This document shows, in pieces, positions 62,090 through 64,000 of a DNA stretch of 64,000 nt (positions within the stretch are counted from its first letter, which is position 1; each line of letters starts with the position of its first letter). The translations under genes and the position numbers were made by a program. Source of the DNA: an uncultured Pseudomonadota bacterium (GTDB lineage: Bacteria > Myxococcota_A > Polyangia > Fen-1088); assembly GCA_963847705.1 (NCBI GenBank), contig CAWKBC010000010.1, forward strand, positions 64,001 to 128,000, read 5' to 3'. The notes under the pieces are model-generated. The model searched no databases. It saw nothing but the letters and a program-made list of their open reading frames with translations, and was not told the origin of the DNA.

Positions 62090-62610
62090 GCGGCCTTCTT
62101 GCTCGCGGCGCTGGCTTCTTCGATGATCTCGTGGACGAAGCGGATCTTCTTCAACGCCGGCTCCGCGCCTGGCAGATCCTGCTTGAACGCGAAGGCCAAC
62201 CCTTCGGGGTGCTTGGTCCGCTGCTCGACCGGAAGGCCCAGCGCCAGGAGTGTATAGATGAGCCGCCGCTTGTTGGCCTCCAGGTTGACCCAGGCCTCCG
62301 CGGCCCTCGGATCCCCCAGGTTCGGAATGACCTCGTTCAACCGGCACGCCCGACAGAACCTGTCGTCTTCTTTTGCGGCGACGGTCCAATTGCAGGCCCG
62401 GTGGTCGATCTGATTGCCGCACAGTCGATAGCGGGCGCCTTTGTCTTTCAACCCGAGCGCCACGAAGGTGCCGGGCGCCCCGTCGACAGCTTCGATCGCC
62501 GTGAGCGCCAGGTGCTCAGGCACGAACGCCAGAGAGTGGCCGCACTTCGTGCACCGTGAATTTTCGAAGTGAAGCGGCTGCTGGCAGGACGGGCAGGTGA
62601 ACAGTTTCAT
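62086..62610 (-). pseudogene. zinc-ribbon / putative zinc metallopeptidase (COG4307-like) with apparent internal deletion of the peptidase domain
   Basis: CPSC-FEN-CTKC, C-N...CNW, CRAC and KRRLIYTL...LAFAF, then directly the family C-terminal helix KIRFVHEII. No HEXXH motif. Only 174 aa. Confidence 0.6.
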
Positions 62611-62626
62611 CTGGGCTTTCCGGTGG

Positions 62627-63748
62627 CTATTCGCTGCGGGGAGCGCGGGGGCCACCGAACAGCAGGCGACCCAGCCGCCCTCCCAGGAATCGGGTCCGCG
62701 CTTCCGGCCGTTTTGGCGGCTGCGCCCCGGTGGGGACGGCGGCCTTGGGGCGATCCGGCGAGGTGCGCTGTGAATCGGCCTTGACCGTTCGCTCGTGAAG
62801 ACCGCGCACGAAGCCGGCGATGTGGTCCATGCGCAGCCCATTGTCGACCAGGAAGCGATCGAGGTCGTCCGCCATGGCGCTGGCCGTGGCGTAGCGCTGC
62901 TGCGGATCTCGCTCCAGCGCCTTCATCACGATGGCGTCGAGCTCCGGCGGGATCGCCGGGCGCGACTTGGAAGGCGGCGCGATCGGCAGCTCCAGAATCT
63001 TCCGGAACGTCAGGGCCTGGTTGTCGGATTCAAACAGACTCTGCAGCGTGAGCATCTCGTGCAGGACGATCCCCAGCGAGAAGATGTCGACCCGGTGGTC
63101 GATGGGCTTGCCCTCGAGCGTCTCGGGAGCCACATAGGCGGCCTTCCCCTTGATCGTCCCTTCGAGCGTGCGCGCCTGCGACGCGCGGTACTTGGCCACC
63201 CCGAAGTCCAAGAGCTTGATTCCGCCAGCCATTGTCAGGACGATGTTGGACGGCGTGACGTCACGGTGGATGATGTTGAGCGCCTCGCCGTCCCCGCCCT
63301 TCAGGTTGTGGACGTACTCCAGCGCGCGGCACACCTCGCTGGCGAAATGGGCGGCGGCGACCGGCGGCATCCTCTTGCCGGCGGCGCGAAGCCCCAGCAA
63401 CGCTGTCGACACCGAAGGGCCTTCGACGTATTCGAGAACGAGAAACAGAGTCCCGTCCGATTCGCCGAAGTCGAACGCCTGGACGACGTTGGGGTGGTGA
63501 AGCAGCCCGAGGACCTGGGCCTCCGCGACGAACAGGCGCATGAACGCCGCGTTGTGGGAGAGAACCGGCAGGATTCGCTTGACCACCACGGTCCGCCGGC
63601 CGCCGCCCGGCAAGGTGTGGGTGGCCTTGTAGACCTCGGCCATGCCGCCCACGCCCAGAAGCTGCCCCAGCTCGTAGCGCCCGACCTGCGAGAGGTGGCC
63701 CGCGCCCCCGACGGTGTAGCTGGACTCTGGAGAGTCGACGAAGGTCAT
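62627..63748 (-). CDS. Hanks-type serine/threonine protein kinase (cytoplasmic)
   Basis: LGVGGMAEVY, VVKR, IHRDVTPSN, DFG, YVAPE and DIFSLG. ATGA overlap with the upstream regulator. Confidence 0.92.
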   Translation of the reverse strand: MTFVDSPESSYTVGGAGHLSQVGRYELGQLLGVGGMAEVYKATHTLPGGGRRTVVVKRILPVLSHNAAFMRLFVAEAQVLGLLHHPNVVQAFDFGESDGTLFLVLEYVEGPSVSTALLGLRAAGKRMPPVAAAHFASEVCRALEYVHNLKGGDGEALNIIHRDVTPSNIVLTMAGGIKLLDFGVAKYRASQARTLEGTIKGKAAYVAPETLEGKPIDHRVDIFSLGIVLHEMLTLQSLFESDNQALTFRKILELPIAPPSKSRPAIPPELDAIVMKALERDPQQRYATASAMADDLDRFLVDNGLRMDHIAGFVRGLHERTVKADSQRTSPDRPKAAVPTGAQPPKRPEARTRFLGGRLGRLLFGGPRAPRSE

Positions 63749-64000
63749 GACGAGTACTTTCGAATGCTCTGCAAGAGCTCCGGAATCTCGACTGGCTTCG
63801 AGACGTAACCGGCGGCACCGAGCTCGCCGGCGACCGTGGCGATGTGCGCTCCCGCGGACATCAGCAGCACGGGGATCCCCGCGAAACGGGCGTCTTCCCG
63901 CTGCTTCCGCCGAAAATCCCAGCCGCTCATGGTGGGCATCATCAAGTCCAGAAGGATGAGGTCGCACCGACCTTCGTGCTCCTGGAGCAGCCGCCAGGCG
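63745..64000 (-). CDS. response regulator receiver protein (5' part outside the window)
   Basis: CDLILLDLMMPTMSGWDF...VLLMSA...YVSKP. Confidence 0.85.
   Translation of the reverse strand, partial: AWRLLQEHEGRCDLILLDLMMPTMSGWDFRRKQREDARFAGIPVLLMSAGAHIATVAGELGAAGYVSKPVEIPELLQSIRKYSS

Overview
This is a GC-rich bacterial window, probably from Myxococcota (Polyangia-like), judged from the Gly/Thr-repeat lipoprotein, the Che7-type chemosensory cluster and the Hanks-type kinase. It has four blocks. (1) 0.2-7.0 kb, minus strand: a tightly coupled five-gene sugar operon encoding a GH54 alpha-L-arabinofuranosidase lipoprotein, an uncharacterised beta-barrel outer-membrane protein, a GalT-type uridylyltransferase, an IMPase-family phosphatase and a GHMP kinase that closely resembles plant L-arabinokinase. 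This is the best candidate for an undescribed system, a Leloir-like or salvage route for arabinose. (2) 7.4-43.3 kb: a ~36 kb nitrogen-scavenging island encoding allophanate hydrolase, a BMP-type ABC transporter with biuret hydrolase, a cupin, urease (ureD, fused ureAB, ureCEFG), a divergent P-II, porin-urtABCDE-triuret hydrolase, an embedded czcCBA-like RND pump with an RPP-ending leader ORF, and a guanidine ABC/cgdAB/guanidine carboxylase operon. (3) 46.4-57.7 kb: a hybrid histidine kinase divergent from a cheY-cheA-cheW-mcp-HEAT-cheR-cheB (Che7-like) operon. (4) 57.7-64 kb: small membrane proteins, a POTRA-less Omp85, a hemerythrin, a cardiolipin synthase, an internally deleted zinc-ribbon peptidase, a Ser/Thr kinase and a partial response regulator. 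About ten apparent +1 frameshifts (eight in 38.7-41.6 kb, two in the che operon) are most likely sequencing errors. I saw no rRNA, tRNA, CRISPR array or transposase. All family assignments come from motif recognition by eye, with no database searches.
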